Shown one piece after another: positions 6,992 through 15,567 of a DNA stretch of 34,271 nucleotides (its first letter is position 1; each line of letters starts with the position of its first letter). Below the pieces are notes generated by a model, which did no database searches, was not told the origin of the DNA, and was given only the letters and a program-made list of their open reading frames with translations. Source of the stretch: Deltaproteobacteria bacterium (GTDB lineage: Bacteria; Bdellovibrionota_B; Oligoflexia; Oligoflexales; Bog-1112). The stretch is taken from the NCBI GenBank assembly GCA_003136475.1, contig PLEQ01000232.1:1-34271 (forward strand). Direction: 5' to 3'. The position numbers and the translations under genes are program-made.

Positions 6992-9943
6992 TTAAAATAC
7001 CCACCAGCCTGAAGATCCGTTAGCTATAAAGGAAGCTGATTGATATTGCACACTTTGAATAAAAGAGCTATTGCCATCTATAGTATCAGATCCTGAAGTT
7101 ATAATAGTTAAAGTGTTGGGGGTACTGTCTATTTTTTTACAGTATATGATTCTTCCAATATTTGGGGAAGACAAAAATAAAGTAAAAGTAATCGGCCCAG
7201 AAGTACAATCTGCTGCCAAGAAACAATCGGTATTTAAAATAGTATAATTACCAGTCTTAATACTAATAGCAACCGGACCCGTTGCACTATTTGCTCCAGG
7301 AGGACCTTGTGGACCAGTTGGGCCAGCTGGACCTGGGGGTCCTTCTCCGCCACCGCCGCCACCGCCACCGCCAGCACCGATTCGGAATTCTACTTCATCT
7401 CCTATAACTAAACCACCGCCGGGAAGGGTAAGGATTTGAATTTGATTGGATGGAGACCCAGTAGCACCAACTTCGGAATACGCTCCGGACTCGATGTCCA
7501 TGAATTGGCCATTTAAATATACCTGTAGGGTTCCTTTTCCTACAGTATATTGAGCTAGAGTATCGCCCTCTCTAGAATTTAGAGGTATGGTTATAATAGT
7601 ACCGTTAGCTACTGGACCATTTAAGGAGGATGGCGGCGTAGCACCGGAGGCAACAATTTCAATTACCTCATCGTAGGTCGGAGAATCCAGAGATGCGAAA
7701 AGATTTCCTAGAGCTTGATCAAGTTCTTTAATAGCGAGAGTTAAATTATCGCCATCCTTAATAACATAATTGCCAACACCAGTTCCAGATTGTGCTGTTG
7801 ATATAGTAAATGGGGCGCCAACATTACCATTAGAAGCATTGTTGCTAGTTCCAGCAGAAGTATTGGTTACAACTACTGTACCTACTCCGGCGACAGCGCT
7901 AAAATCATAAGGAGGAAATGTATTAAAAGCATTTGCTAATTTAGTAGCTACAGCTGTAGCAGTATCTGAGCTTAGAATGTCTACTTCAATAGCGTCATTG
8001 GTATTTGGTACAGTAGGAGCAGTTCCTGAACCACTGACTTTAAACCAGACTATATATTGTCTAGCATCAGCAGATGAATTAATCAAAAAGTATTGACTTG
8101 GACTAATAGTAGAGCCAGAACCGATAGTAATGTCTGTAATTTGAGGTACTGAGCCAGGATCTAAAGCGGAAACATATTTAGGACTAGCTGAAGCCGCAGA
8201 TGGAGATCCAATGTATTGGAGGAGTTCAAGAGAAGTAGTACCAGAAACTTCCACGGATTCGCCGTTATCCAATTCATGAGATAAAAATCTAATGTAAACT
8301 CGTGGTGCGCCACCATTATCTTCGCGCATAAATAACCAGAAAACATTCCCGCCAGCTGGAACAGTCGCTCTAGAAGAAATGTAAATGTCTCTGGTTGTGG
8401 TAGGAGTTGGAACAGCCAGATAGCTGCCAAAGGCGTACTGTGCTGGTGCGCCAACCGCTCCCGTGTTATCCCCAGAAGAAACATTCGAAGTCAATGTTAC
8501 TTGAGAAACTGAATCTACAGTTAAGATCTGATAATATCCAGCAATGGGATCAGAACTAAGCTTAATGTAGTCACCGGCTAGTAAGCCTGGAGTCCAACTA
8601 GCAGAGCCTACTGAAGTTACAGTTGGAGAACCTGCAACAAAAATAAGTTTTGGAATAATTGGTTGATCACGAATCAATGTAATATATGCAACTTGATCAT
8701 CAGAAAGAGTGATGTCTGAAGATGAGGGGTTGGCTGCTAGTACATAGGAAAGTTCAGATCCAACTACACGGATATCGATAGGATCATCCCAGTTAATTTG
8801 GCCAGGAACAGTGATGACGCTTGGACTATAAAAAGTAATTCCAATGCCAGTCCCATTAAGGGTAGCGGTCTGAGACATTGTAATAGTAGAGCCAGAAATA
8901 CTGATGATGGTAGTTTGGCTGGGAATACCGGTGCCAAAAATATAGTCTCCGTTTGATAAGCCCGCAGTTGAGGCTAGAGACGTAAGTTGATTACTTCCCG
9001 ACGTAATGTTTCCAGTAGTAACTAGAAGAGGATCTGAATTAGGCAAAATACCATTTGAGATCTCGCCTGGTCCAGTAATTACAGTGTTGCCAAGATCTTG
9101 GTATAGAGATAATAATGTAGGAAGTGAAGGAGATGGAGGGGTTGGTGTAGGTCCACTAAACCAGAAAGGAGTTCCTTTAATCTCCAGAAGGGTAGACATG
9201 ATAGCATTCATCCAATCCTTCATGGATGCTAGCTGTTTGTCGCCACCTACGAATGGATCTACTGAATTAGAAGTAGTTGTAACTGGAGACTGAGTCCTAC
9301 CTTCGCTCCACGGATACACGAAATTGGGATTAGGGTTCAATCCACCAGTCTCTAAACTGCAGAGCATCCAGCGACAATCGCTTATAGATACTACATTTCC
9401 ATTTCCATCAGTAACGACTTCAGCTATTGGAAGAACGTTTACGGCCCACACACTAGTTGTAATGTATATTTTAAATGTTAGAGTTTGTGCCGCTGGAGCA
9501 ATTACTGGAGTTTCATCATTAGCGGCAGCGTTCCAAATGTATTTAGTTACGTCGGTTGAAGAATCTGCAAACCTTACATAGTCGATTCCAACGTAGTTGG
9601 TGCTATTGGCAGTAAAAGATCCTGAAATATTGGTATTTGTGGCCGCATTGAGGGTTTGATTGGGTGTTCCCTCTGGAACCTGAAAAATCGTACCGGAAAC
9701 ACTGGCATTAATATTTAAAACAGCACCTGGATCTACTTGTAATTGTAGGCCATTTGCTGGGGAACCGATAGCTCCAGACGTAACTATACCAAAACCACGG
9801 ACAATATATCCCTGACTAGTTCCTGTCCAGATACCAGTTACTAACTCGTCGAAATCATTACGAACGCCAGATTCGATGCGCCTTGCATCAGAAATATCGT
9901 ATCTTTGTTCTGACAAAAGGTTAGAAGTAGTTAAAATAGCCAT
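6992..9943 (-). CDS. Baseplate-associated / fibre-attachment structural protein with a poly-Gly and collagen-like segment, 983 aa
   Basis: N-terminus (YIVRGF.I...LQLQVDPG..L...NYVGIDY) resembles baseplate-peripheral proteins. Followed by beta-rich modules, G9-EGPPGPAGPTGPQGPPG, and the common fibre C-terminal domain KTGNYT...D....DCTSGPITFTL....GR....KKIDS..N...I....DTIDG. Confidence 0.7.
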   Translation of the reverse strand: MAILTTSNLLSEQRYDISDARRIESGVRNDFDELVTGIWTGTSQGYIVRGFGIVTSGAIGSPANGLQLQVDPGAVLNINASVSGTIFQVPEGTPNQTLNAATNTNISGSFTANSTNYVGIDYVRFADSSTDVTKYIWNAAANDETPVIAPAAQTLTFKIYITTSVWAVNVLPIAEVVTDGNGNVVSISDCRWMLCSLETGGLNPNPNFVYPWSEGRTQSPVTTTSNSVDPFVGGDKQLASMKDWMNAIMSTLLEIKGTPFWFSGPTPTPPSPSLPTLLSLYQDLGNTVITGPGEISNGILPNSDPLLVTTGNITSGSNQLTSLASTAGLSNGDYIFGTGIPSQTTIISISGSTITMSQTATLNGTGIGITFYSPSVITVPGQINWDDPIDIRVVGSELSYVLAANPSSSDITLSDDQVAYITLIRDQPIIPKLIFVAGSPTVTSVGSASWTPGLLAGDYIKLSSDPIAGYYQILTVDSVSQVTLTSNVSSGDNTGAVGAPAQYAFGSYLAVPTPTTTRDIYISSRATVPAGGNVFWLFMREDNGGAPRVYIRFLSHELDNGESVEVSGTTSLELLQYIGSPSAASASPKYVSALDPGSVPQITDITIGSGSTISPSQYFLINSSADARQYIVWFKVSGSGTAPTVPNTNDAIEVDILSSDTATAVATKLANAFNTFPPYDFSAVAGVGTVVVTNTSAGTSNNASNGNVGAPFTISTAQSGTGVGNYVIKDGDNLTLAIKELDQALGNLFASLDSPTYDEVIEIVASGATPPSSLNGPVANGTIITIPLNSREGDTLAQYTVGKGTLQVYLNGQFMDIESGAYSEVGATGSPSNQIQILTLPGGGLVIGDEVEFRIGAGGGGGGGGGEGPPGPAGPTGPQGPPGANSATGPVAISIKTGNYTILNTDCFLAADCTSGPITFTLFLSSPNIGRIIYCKKIDSTPNTLTIITSGSDTIDGNSSFIQSVQYQSASFIANGSSGWWVF
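7293..7373 (-). repeat. Poly-glycine (GGY)n codon run followed by a short collagen Gly-X-Y repeat
   Basis: ccgccaccgccgccaccgccaccgcc on + at about 7347-7372; the adjacent sequence encodes GPPGPAGPTGPQGPPGA. Confidence 0.85.
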
Positions 9944-9962
9944 CGATAAAGCCCCTTACTCA

Positions 9963-9971
9963 ATAAGATTG
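9963..9971 (-). promoter_or_regulatory. Putative late promoter CAATCTTAT
   Basis: Exact copy about 20 nt upstream of ATG 9943, followed by an AAGGGG RBS. Confidence 0.8.
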
Positions 9972-10009
9972 TCACCTATCCTATATCGTATTTAGCATTT
10001 CATTGGCTT

Positions 10010-10018
10010 CAATCTTAT
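10010..10018 (+). promoter_or_regulatory. Putative late promoter CAATCTTAT on the plus strand (back-to-back with 9963-9971)
   Basis: Exact copy in the opposite orientation, about 26 nt upstream of GTG 10044, which has an AGGAG RBS. Confidence 0.7.
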
Positions 10019-10043
10019 GATAGGATATCTACAGGAGACTGTT

Positions 10044-10427
10044 GTGGCCAAAAATACCCGTGGAAGCAAAGAATTCACCCGTGAACAACGCCTCATAAAG
10101 GAAAATCGGCAATTAAAACGAGAGCTTGCTCATCTTCGCAAACAAATAACTAGAATAGACGTAGACCGATTTGAAACCATCAAAGAAATGGTTACGGACT
10201 ACCAAGAGGCTGAGAGGCTTCAGGAAAATCTAGGAAATCCCAATTCCAATATAGAGGCCTTGAAGAAACAATGGGAGTGTAGGGATTGTGGTACCGGAAC
10301 ATTGGAAATAAGTCTTTATTCAAAGATGGGGCAAACTTTTTATTATAGGAAGTGCAACAATTGTCCCAAGAGAACCAAAGGTCAGCGTTACGATAGCAAT
10401 TCAGTTAAGGGAATTATTAAGAAATGA
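10044..10427 (+). CDS. Coiled-coil plus C-terminal zinc-ribbon protein
   Basis: Start moved from 10017 to the in-frame GTG 10044 (AGGAG at 10033-10037; ATG 10017 overlaps the promoter motif). Heptads LIKENRQLKRELAHLRKQI; CRDC...KCNNC. Confidence 0.8.
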   Translation: MAKNTRGSKEFTREQRLIKENRQLKRELAHLRKQITRIDVDRFETIKEMVTDYQEAERLQENLGNPNSNIEALKKQWECRDCGTGTLEISLYSKMGQTFYYRKCNNCPKRTKGQRYDSNSVKGIIKK

Positions 10428-10624
10428 TGTTTGAAGAAGGTTCGGTTATTATTTTGGCACACACTCTACAACTCGGCACAATTATTCATATGGGACAAGA
10501 CGTGTGGGTGCTCCTAACTTGTGGAGATATTTGGGTTGGAAATCAAAGAGAAATTCGATTTCCCCAGGATCAAGCCGATTTAGATGCTTGCGTACTTAAC
10601 GTAGATAAGTTTAAAGGACGTTAA
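10424..10624 (+). CDS. Hypothetical protein, 66 aa
   Basis: ATGA overlap with the upstream gene; abuts the next gene. Confidence 0.65.
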   Translation: MMFEEGSVIILAHTLQLGTIIHMGQDVWVLLTCGDIWVGNQREIRFPQDQADLDACVLNVDKFKGR

Positions 10625-10834
10625 ATGGCTATTACAATACATTTTGCTGGGATGATCCTTAAATATCCAAGTGGGAGTGGTCCAAGAACTTGCCAGGGAT
10701 GTGGAGGATCGGCTTATGCGCATTATGGAGAAGATAGGGACGGCGGATTTTTCTATCTAGAAACTTGTTTCGAAGGTTGGAATCCCAAAGAACCCGAAAA
10801 AAGTATTCCGTGTACAAAAGTTTTAGTTAAGTAA
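10625..10834 (+). CDS. Hypothetical small Cys-containing protein, 69 aa
   Basis: AAGGA RBS, CQGC motif; stop overlaps the stop of the convergent gene. Confidence 0.6.
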   Translation: MAITIHFAGMILKYPSGSGPRTCQGCGGSAYAHYGEDRDGGFFYLETCFEGWNPKEPEKSIPCTKVLVK

Positions 10835-11573
10835 TCCAATATTTTTGATAGGGATTGTTGCCATTGGGCTGATAATATAGAGCAGCAACGCCTTGCATCA
10901 GGGTTCCAGGATAGTCTTTAGCCAATCTCTTCATCCAAAAATAGCTGGCAATCCAGCACATCACACTGTTTTTCTTCATGTTGTTCATGAGATGCCAAGA
11001 AAGCCTACGTCCATCCGTGTCTGAAGTTGGATCATTCCAGCAACTAACGAAAATAGAAATAGCCGCACAAAAATAAAAGAAAAAAGCCCAATGCCTCATT
11101 AAGTAGTGGAAGGGATTCCACATGGACGGAAATGAAGCGTTAACCATAGCGGCAATGATTTGGGGTTGACGGGCTAAAAAACTATCTTCAGTGAACTTCC
11201 CAGGATCCGGATTATTCATAAAGCCTAGATATCTGATCATGCCCCATAACAAGTCTCTAGGTAAATCTGTTATTCCAAGCTCTCTACAGGCATTAAGTAC
11301 GCCTAAATAATCGTCCGGACCTTCTAGGCCGTCAGATTGGCCTGCCGGAACACGATTGAGCATATGGCTACTAATACAACAATCAATATGGCCATGAAAA
11401 TAATCTATATCGGCTTGAGTAAGCTCTCCAGATTTCTTAAGTATGGTTATATATTCGCTCAAAAACATCACGCCATTATCAGATGCACTTAATGTGCCAG
11501 GTCCTACGGGACCAGGAGCTAATAGTCCGTTGCCGTCAAAATATCCTTTAAAATCATCACGTATATTGTTCAT
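10827..11573 (-). CDS. Hypothetical protein, 248 aa, probably late-expressed and leaderless
   Basis: Long ORF with a hydrophobic stretch (WAFFFYFCAAISIFVSC). The CAATCTTAT motif ends 4 nt before the ATG and there is no SD. Confidence 0.8.
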   Translation of the reverse strand: MNNIRDDFKGYFDGNGLLAPGPVGPGTLSASDNGVMFLSEYITILKKSGELTQADIDYFHGHIDCCISSHMLNRVPAGQSDGLEGPDDYLGVLNACRELGITDLPRDLLWGMIRYLGFMNNPDPGKFTEDSFLARQPQIIAAMVNASFPSMWNPFHYLMRHWAFFFYFCAAISIFVSCWNDPTSDTDGRRLSWHLMNNMKKNSVMCWIASYFWMKRLAKDYPGTLMQGVAALYYQPNGNNPYQKYWIT

Positions 11574-11577
11574 ATAT

Positions 11578-11586
11578 ATAAGATTG
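11578..11586 (-). promoter_or_regulatory. Putative late promoter CAATCTTAT
   Basis: Exact copy; the minus strand reads CAATCTTAT-ATAT-ATG. Confidence 0.78.
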
Positions 11587-11612
11587 ACTTCGTAATAAAA
11601 TCAGGATATAGT
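11584..11612 (+). promoter_or_regulatory. Sigma70-type promoter TTGACT-17-TATAGT
   Basis: 5/6 and 5/6 matches to consensus with optimal 17-nt spacing; ATG 11620 follows 7 nt after the -10. Confidence 0.75.
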
Positions 11613-11619
11613 TAAGAAT

Positions 11620-12051
11620 ATGGATATAGCTTCTATTATTTTAAATGCGGCTAAAGCAGTAAAAGTATCTGGAACTCTTCTTTTGGCAATTTGTAACCAT
11701 GAAAGCAATGGTTTTACTTTAAATTATACTCCTCATGATAAGGGAAGTCCTTCATTTGGATCGTGTCAAATTAAAGAAAGTACTGCAAAAATGTTGGGCT
11801 TTAAAGGTAATGTAAAAAAGCTCAATGATCCTAAAATAAATGCCAAGTATGCAGCACTATATCTACAATATCAAGAACGTCGTTACGGAAAAGATAATTG
11901 GATAGCAATCACCTCCAGTTATAATGCTGGATCTTATGTTTTAAGTAAGAAAAACCCAAAATGTCCTAAAAACATTAAATATGTTAATTTAGTAAGAACA
12001 AAACTTCCTGAATTCTTAAAAAATAAATTAGAATGTCAATTAAATAAATAA
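11620..12051 (+). CDS. Lytic transglycosylase (SLT domain)
   Basis: LLLAICNHES (catalytic Glu), SFGSCQI...TA, L.DPKINAKYAALYL and SSYNAG correspond to SLT family 1 motifs I-III. No evident signal peptide. Confidence 0.9.
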   Translation: MDIASIILNAAKAVKVSGTLLLAICNHESNGFTLNYTPHDKGSPSFGSCQIKESTAKMLGFKGNVKKLNDPKINAKYAALYLQYQERRYGKDNWIAITSSYNAGSYVLSKKNPKCPKNIKYVNLVRTKLPEFLKNKLECQLNK

Positions 12052-12062
12052 AAAAGAATATC

Positions 12063-12782
12063 GTGCACATACAACATAATAATTTAATAGATCAAAAATT
12101 TGGAAAATTAACAGTTATAAAAAAAGATAGTCCAAATAAAGATGGCAAAGCTGTATGGTTGTGTAAATGTGAATGTGGAACCATAAAAAGATTTAGATTA
12201 AGGAGCCTTCTTAGTGGCGACACTAAAAGTTGTTTGCGCGGCTCATGTCGTCCGAATTTTACCGATCTTACGCAAAAACGATTTGGAAAATTAGTTGTAT
12301 TGGCGCTATCTCATAAAAAAGGAGAGGCTACTACTGCCCACTGGGAATGTAAGTGCGATTGTGGGATCTTAGTCACAGTAGCATCTGGTAGTTTAGTTAG
12401 CGGTGGCACTAAATCCTGTGGATGTATGAAAAGAGACAGTCAATATGAAACAATAAAAAATGATGCATATTCAAATCATCGAAAGGGCGCCACGGCACGG
12501 GGCATAGTAACTCATCTATCTAAGAAGGAATATATCGATATAGCTTCAATGAATTGTTATTATTGCGGACGAATAGATATTAAAAAGAACAGACTTACAA
12601 AAGTTACCATTAATTTAAATGGTATTGATAGAAAAAACAATGAATCTTATTATGAAATAGATAATTCCATACCTTGTTGTAAATTATGCAATATGATGAA
12701 AAGAAAAATACCTCATGATGATTTTATCACAATTATAAGATATATATATGGGCATACTGAAAATATAAACTTAGATAAGTGA
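12063..12782 (+). CDS. HNH-like (His-Me finger) endonuclease with two N-terminal FGKL-V...W-C-C-CG...SC zinc repeats
   Basis: KFGKLTVI...WLCKCECG...TKSC and RFGKLVVL...WECKCDCG...TKSCGC; C-terminal CYYCG...NGIDRKNN...DNSIPCCKLCNMMK. This architecture is typical of phage mobile endonucleases. Confidence 0.82.
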   Translation: MHIQHNNLIDQKFGKLTVIKKDSPNKDGKAVWLCKCECGTIKRFRLRSLLSGDTKSCLRGSCRPNFTDLTQKRFGKLVVLALSHKKGEATTAHWECKCDCGILVTVASGSLVSGGTKSCGCMKRDSQYETIKNDAYSNHRKGATARGIVTHLSKKEYIDIASMNCYYCGRIDIKKNRLTKVTINLNGIDRKNNESYYEIDNSIPCCKLCNMMKRKIPHDDFITIIRYIYGHTENINLDK

Positions 12783-12988
12783 ACTTTATGATAACCAAAC
12801 ACTATTTGTGTGGAATAGACTTTCAGCACGAAATGGACGAAGGTCTAGCCGATTTCTATGATTCTGTGGAAGAATTAAAAGAGAAAAAGAAGTGTTGGAA
12901 ACAATGCGGAATCGTAGAAATCTTTCTAGATGAAAGCGCAGAAATGATTAGTTACAAATGGATAGAGAAACAAGCTTTATGGCCATAA
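12779..12988 (+). CDS. Hypothetical phage protein, about 69 aa
   Basis: GTGA overlap with the upstream gene (alternative ATG at 12788); motif YLCGIDFQHE...YDSVEELK....CWKQCGIVEI. Confidence 0.7.
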   Translation: MNFMITKHYLCGIDFQHEMDEGLADFYDSVEELKEKKKCWKQCGIVEIFLDESAEMISYKWIEKQALWP

Positions 12989-13191
12989 GAAATGTTCGTT
13001 TTTGTTGGTCATGTGGGAAAAAACTTTGGGGAAATCATAAAGAAGAGTTGACTATCGACGGATATTCTAAAATCCTTCACAAAGATTGCGCCAAAAAAAT
13101 AAAGAATGGATATAATTTCAAAAAAGATGAAAGCGGATCTTATCATTCTATGATGTGGACAACAGGGGAGCCTTGGGATGAGGAAGATTAG
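12979..13191 (+). CDS. Small zinc-finger-like protein
   Basis: CWSCGKKL...LHKDC. The in-frame ATG 12979 is preferred over 12958 because it gives a smaller overlap; start uncertain. Confidence 0.62.
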   Translation: MAIRNVRFCWSCGKKLWGNHKEELTIDGYSKILHKDCAKKIKNGYNFKKDESGSYHSMMWTTGEPWDEED

Positions 13192-13622
13192 CTCAAATCT
13201 AGTGGATAGTAGAGAATCTGTCCGATGAAATCGAAACTAATATTATACAGCCCCTTTTTGGAAACAGTCTCTCTAATATTAGAGATCTGCGCCTTAGGTA
13301 TACTCCAAAGCGTCTCGCCAGTTGAACGATCTTCTAGACGAAGTGCGGTATAGTTCGTAGCACCAAGATTTGAAAATAATTGGACAGCATTTGTGGCTTG
13401 TAATCCACCGGAATTCTTTGTCCTAATTACCCCAGCAGACCCCCTGACAACAGTCTGACCACCAGTAGCTATTTCTTGAGCGTATGGGCTATTAATACCG
13501 TATATCGAATACGCACCAATATCATTGGTAACACTTACATCCTGCGTAACAGCATAAATTTTATTGTTTATGTATAGTCTACATAATGCTGCTGATACTG
13601 TTAGGGTTTGTTGATTTGCCAT
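13188..13622 (-). CDS. Tail-tube-like protein
   Basis: 144 aa. The pattern LYINNK.....QDVS.....G...IYGINS...QEI...LEDRSTGETL..I.......ET.......ISF.F resembles SPO1/phage K-type tube proteins. Last gene of the wedge operon. Confidence 0.62.
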   Translation of the reverse strand: MANQQTLTVSAALCRLYINNKIYAVTQDVSVTNDIGAYSIYGINSPYAQEIATGGQTVVRGSAGVIRTKNSGGLQATNAVQLFSNLGATNYTALRLEDRSTGETLWSIPKAQISNIRETVSKKGLYNISFDFIGQILYYPLDLS

Positions 13623-13625
13623 ATA

Positions 13626-15566
13626 TTAAGGACCGTAAATATAAGAAATTTCATTAGCGCTAGGTGACGGACTTTGCCATCCGCCTAAACCTATATCATT
13701 AGGATAAAGTATTGTAAAAATTACGGTAACGCCAGCCGCCACGATATCATCAATAAGACCTTGGGCCCACACTCTTCCCGAAGCAGTATCCGTCAAGTAT
13801 GGTTGGTAATAAGACCCATTCGTTGGCAATACGATAGGACTGTTTTGGGTTACTAATAGGACAGATTCTCCAATTGGATGATCTTGTTGTATGAAATATG
13901 CTGGAGAAATAAGAATTGTTCCAGAACTTGGTACCGCAATATATGGAATTGGACCTTCCTGATTTTGAGTTCCGTAACCAAGTACGATAAACCCGGACTC
14001 ATTGGGAAAACCATTTGAGCTAGCTACCGTAATTACCCTGCTAGTTTCTCCATTAACTTCTTCTGTCAAAGTAGTGCTTGTTCCACCGACAACGAATCCC
14101 TGTTGAGTGTCAAAAATATAGGGTCCTAATGTAGTAGGTAAGCTTGGGCCAGCGTCGGTTTCTGTGGATACCGTAACGTTTTCTAAAATAAGTACATTGT
14201 CTACAGTAGACAAAGTCAGCAGTGGATATGCTGCAGCTATAGCGGCCATAGCTTTAGTGGCCACAGTTGCAGCAGAATCGCTACTATTTATAGTTACTTC
14301 AATGCCGGTAAACCCCGCAGGAGCTGGATTCGTATTGCTGCCACCAAAGACATTCAACCAAACATAAAATAAGTAGGAAGTTCCAAGATCATCCATTATA
14401 AAATATGCAGCTTGTCCTGTGGAAGAATACGTACTTCCTTCCGAAAATACGAATTGTGCTACTGGATATTCCGTAACTCCGTGCAAATGTGCAGACCCTA
14501 TTCTAGAACGTTTGATAACTTGGGTAACGGCAGGCATGAATATCTGGAGTATATTTTTTTGAGTTTGATATACTGCAGCATAATATTGTTTACTTAATAT
14601 GGTTTCCCTAATCGGTACATAAAATAATATTGCAGAATCTGTTCCTTGAACCACAATTCCTGGGCTTCCGGTAGGATTATTTATTTCAAAATAGGCAATT
14701 CCAACTGCACCATCTTGTGCTGATACTACCGTAAAAGTGCCTTGATTTGGGGAAGACGTAAATCCTCCTCCATAAATATTTACATATTGCATTGGCTGAA
14801 CATCGCCAATTCCAGGATTCGCCCCACCAGTCCAAGTAAACCTTAAATTACCTCCAGGTTGAAGAGAAATGGTCCATTGAGTAGAAAAGTTACCAGAAGA
14901 CGGTACGGTAGAAGGGAATAGAAAAACGTTCTGGGATCTACCGCCCAAAACTGTTACTGAAGAAGATGCTCCAATAGTACTAGAAAGTAACTGCACATAA
15001 TTTCCATTACCATCATTATTAACTATGGCACTCCCAGAAACACCTAGATTACTTAAACCGATAGAAATAGCGTTGGCAACTTCTTGGGCAGTAGCTGCAG
15101 CTATTGAAGTAAATTGGGATGAAGTAAAAGTGATAGTACTAGTATTTGCGCCATCAAAATTGACGATTAGGGTATCTCCATTTTGGAGAGCATATGGCTC
15201 AAAAGTTTGAGCATTGCTGGTAGCCTTGCAAAACTCATCACCAAAAACCGCATCTAAAATATTGTTGATTAAATCCCTTACCTGTTTACGATTTTTAACC
15301 TGTATTCCTATCGTGCGAAATACGTCATCCGACAAACCAATTCTAGGGTCTCTGGTAATGCCATAATCTGCCAAAAGCAGATCTAAGTAATTTCCTTGAG
15401 CTGTAGTGATATAAAGGCTGTCATTAACCGCTTGGATAGAATTCACCAAATAGGATGAGGATGTGGCAAGAGCGTCTAGAACAGCGTCCACATTCTTACC
15501 TTTAAGATAGGGATTAAGATAGCTTCTAAGTCTAATATATTCTTGCTCTTCAGTTGTTACAGCCAT
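13626..15566 (-). CDS. Baseplate wedge subunit (P2 gpI / T4 gp7-like) with inserted beta domains
   Basis: N-terminal LYITTAQGNYLDLL..DYGITR....SDDVFR and C-terminal IVAAGVTV; directly downstream of the J-like gene. Confidence 0.78.
   Translation of the reverse strand: MAVTTEEQEYIRLRSYLNPYLKGKNVDAVLDALATSSSYLVNSIQAVNDSLYITTAQGNYLDLLLADYGITRDPRIGLSDDVFRTIGIQVKNRKQVRDLINNILDAVFGDEFCKATSNAQTFEPYALQNGDTLIVNFDGANTSTITFTSSQFTSIAAATAQEVANAISIGLSNLGVSGSAIVNNDGNGNYVQLLSSTIGASSSVTVLGGRSQNVFLFPSTVPSSGNFSTQWTISLQPGGNLRFTWTGGANPGIGDVQPMQYVNIYGGGFTSSPNQGTFTVVSAQDGAVGIAYFEINNPTGSPGIVVQGTDSAILFYVPIRETILSKQYYAAVYQTQKNILQIFMPAVTQVIKRSRIGSAHLHGVTEYPVAQFVFSEGSTYSSTGQAAYFIMDDLGTSYLFYVWLNVFGGSNTNPAPAGFTGIEVTINSSDSAATVATKAMAAIAAAYPLLTLSTVDNVLILENVTVSTETDAGPSLPTTLGPYIFDTQQGFVVGGTSTTLTEEVNGETSRVITVASSNGFPNESGFIVLGYGTQNQEGPIPYIAVPSSGTILISPAYFIQQDHPIGESVLLVTQNSPIVLPTNGSYYQPYLTDTASGRVWAQGLIDDIVAAGVTVIFTILYPNDIGLGGWQSPSPSANEISYIYGP
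14275..14300. repeat. 26-bp exact direct repeat, copy 1
   Basis: GAATCGCTACTATTTATAGTTACTTC, identical to 16640-16665; encodes EVTINSSDS in both wedge proteins. Confidence 0.9.
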
Positions 15567-15567
15567 G

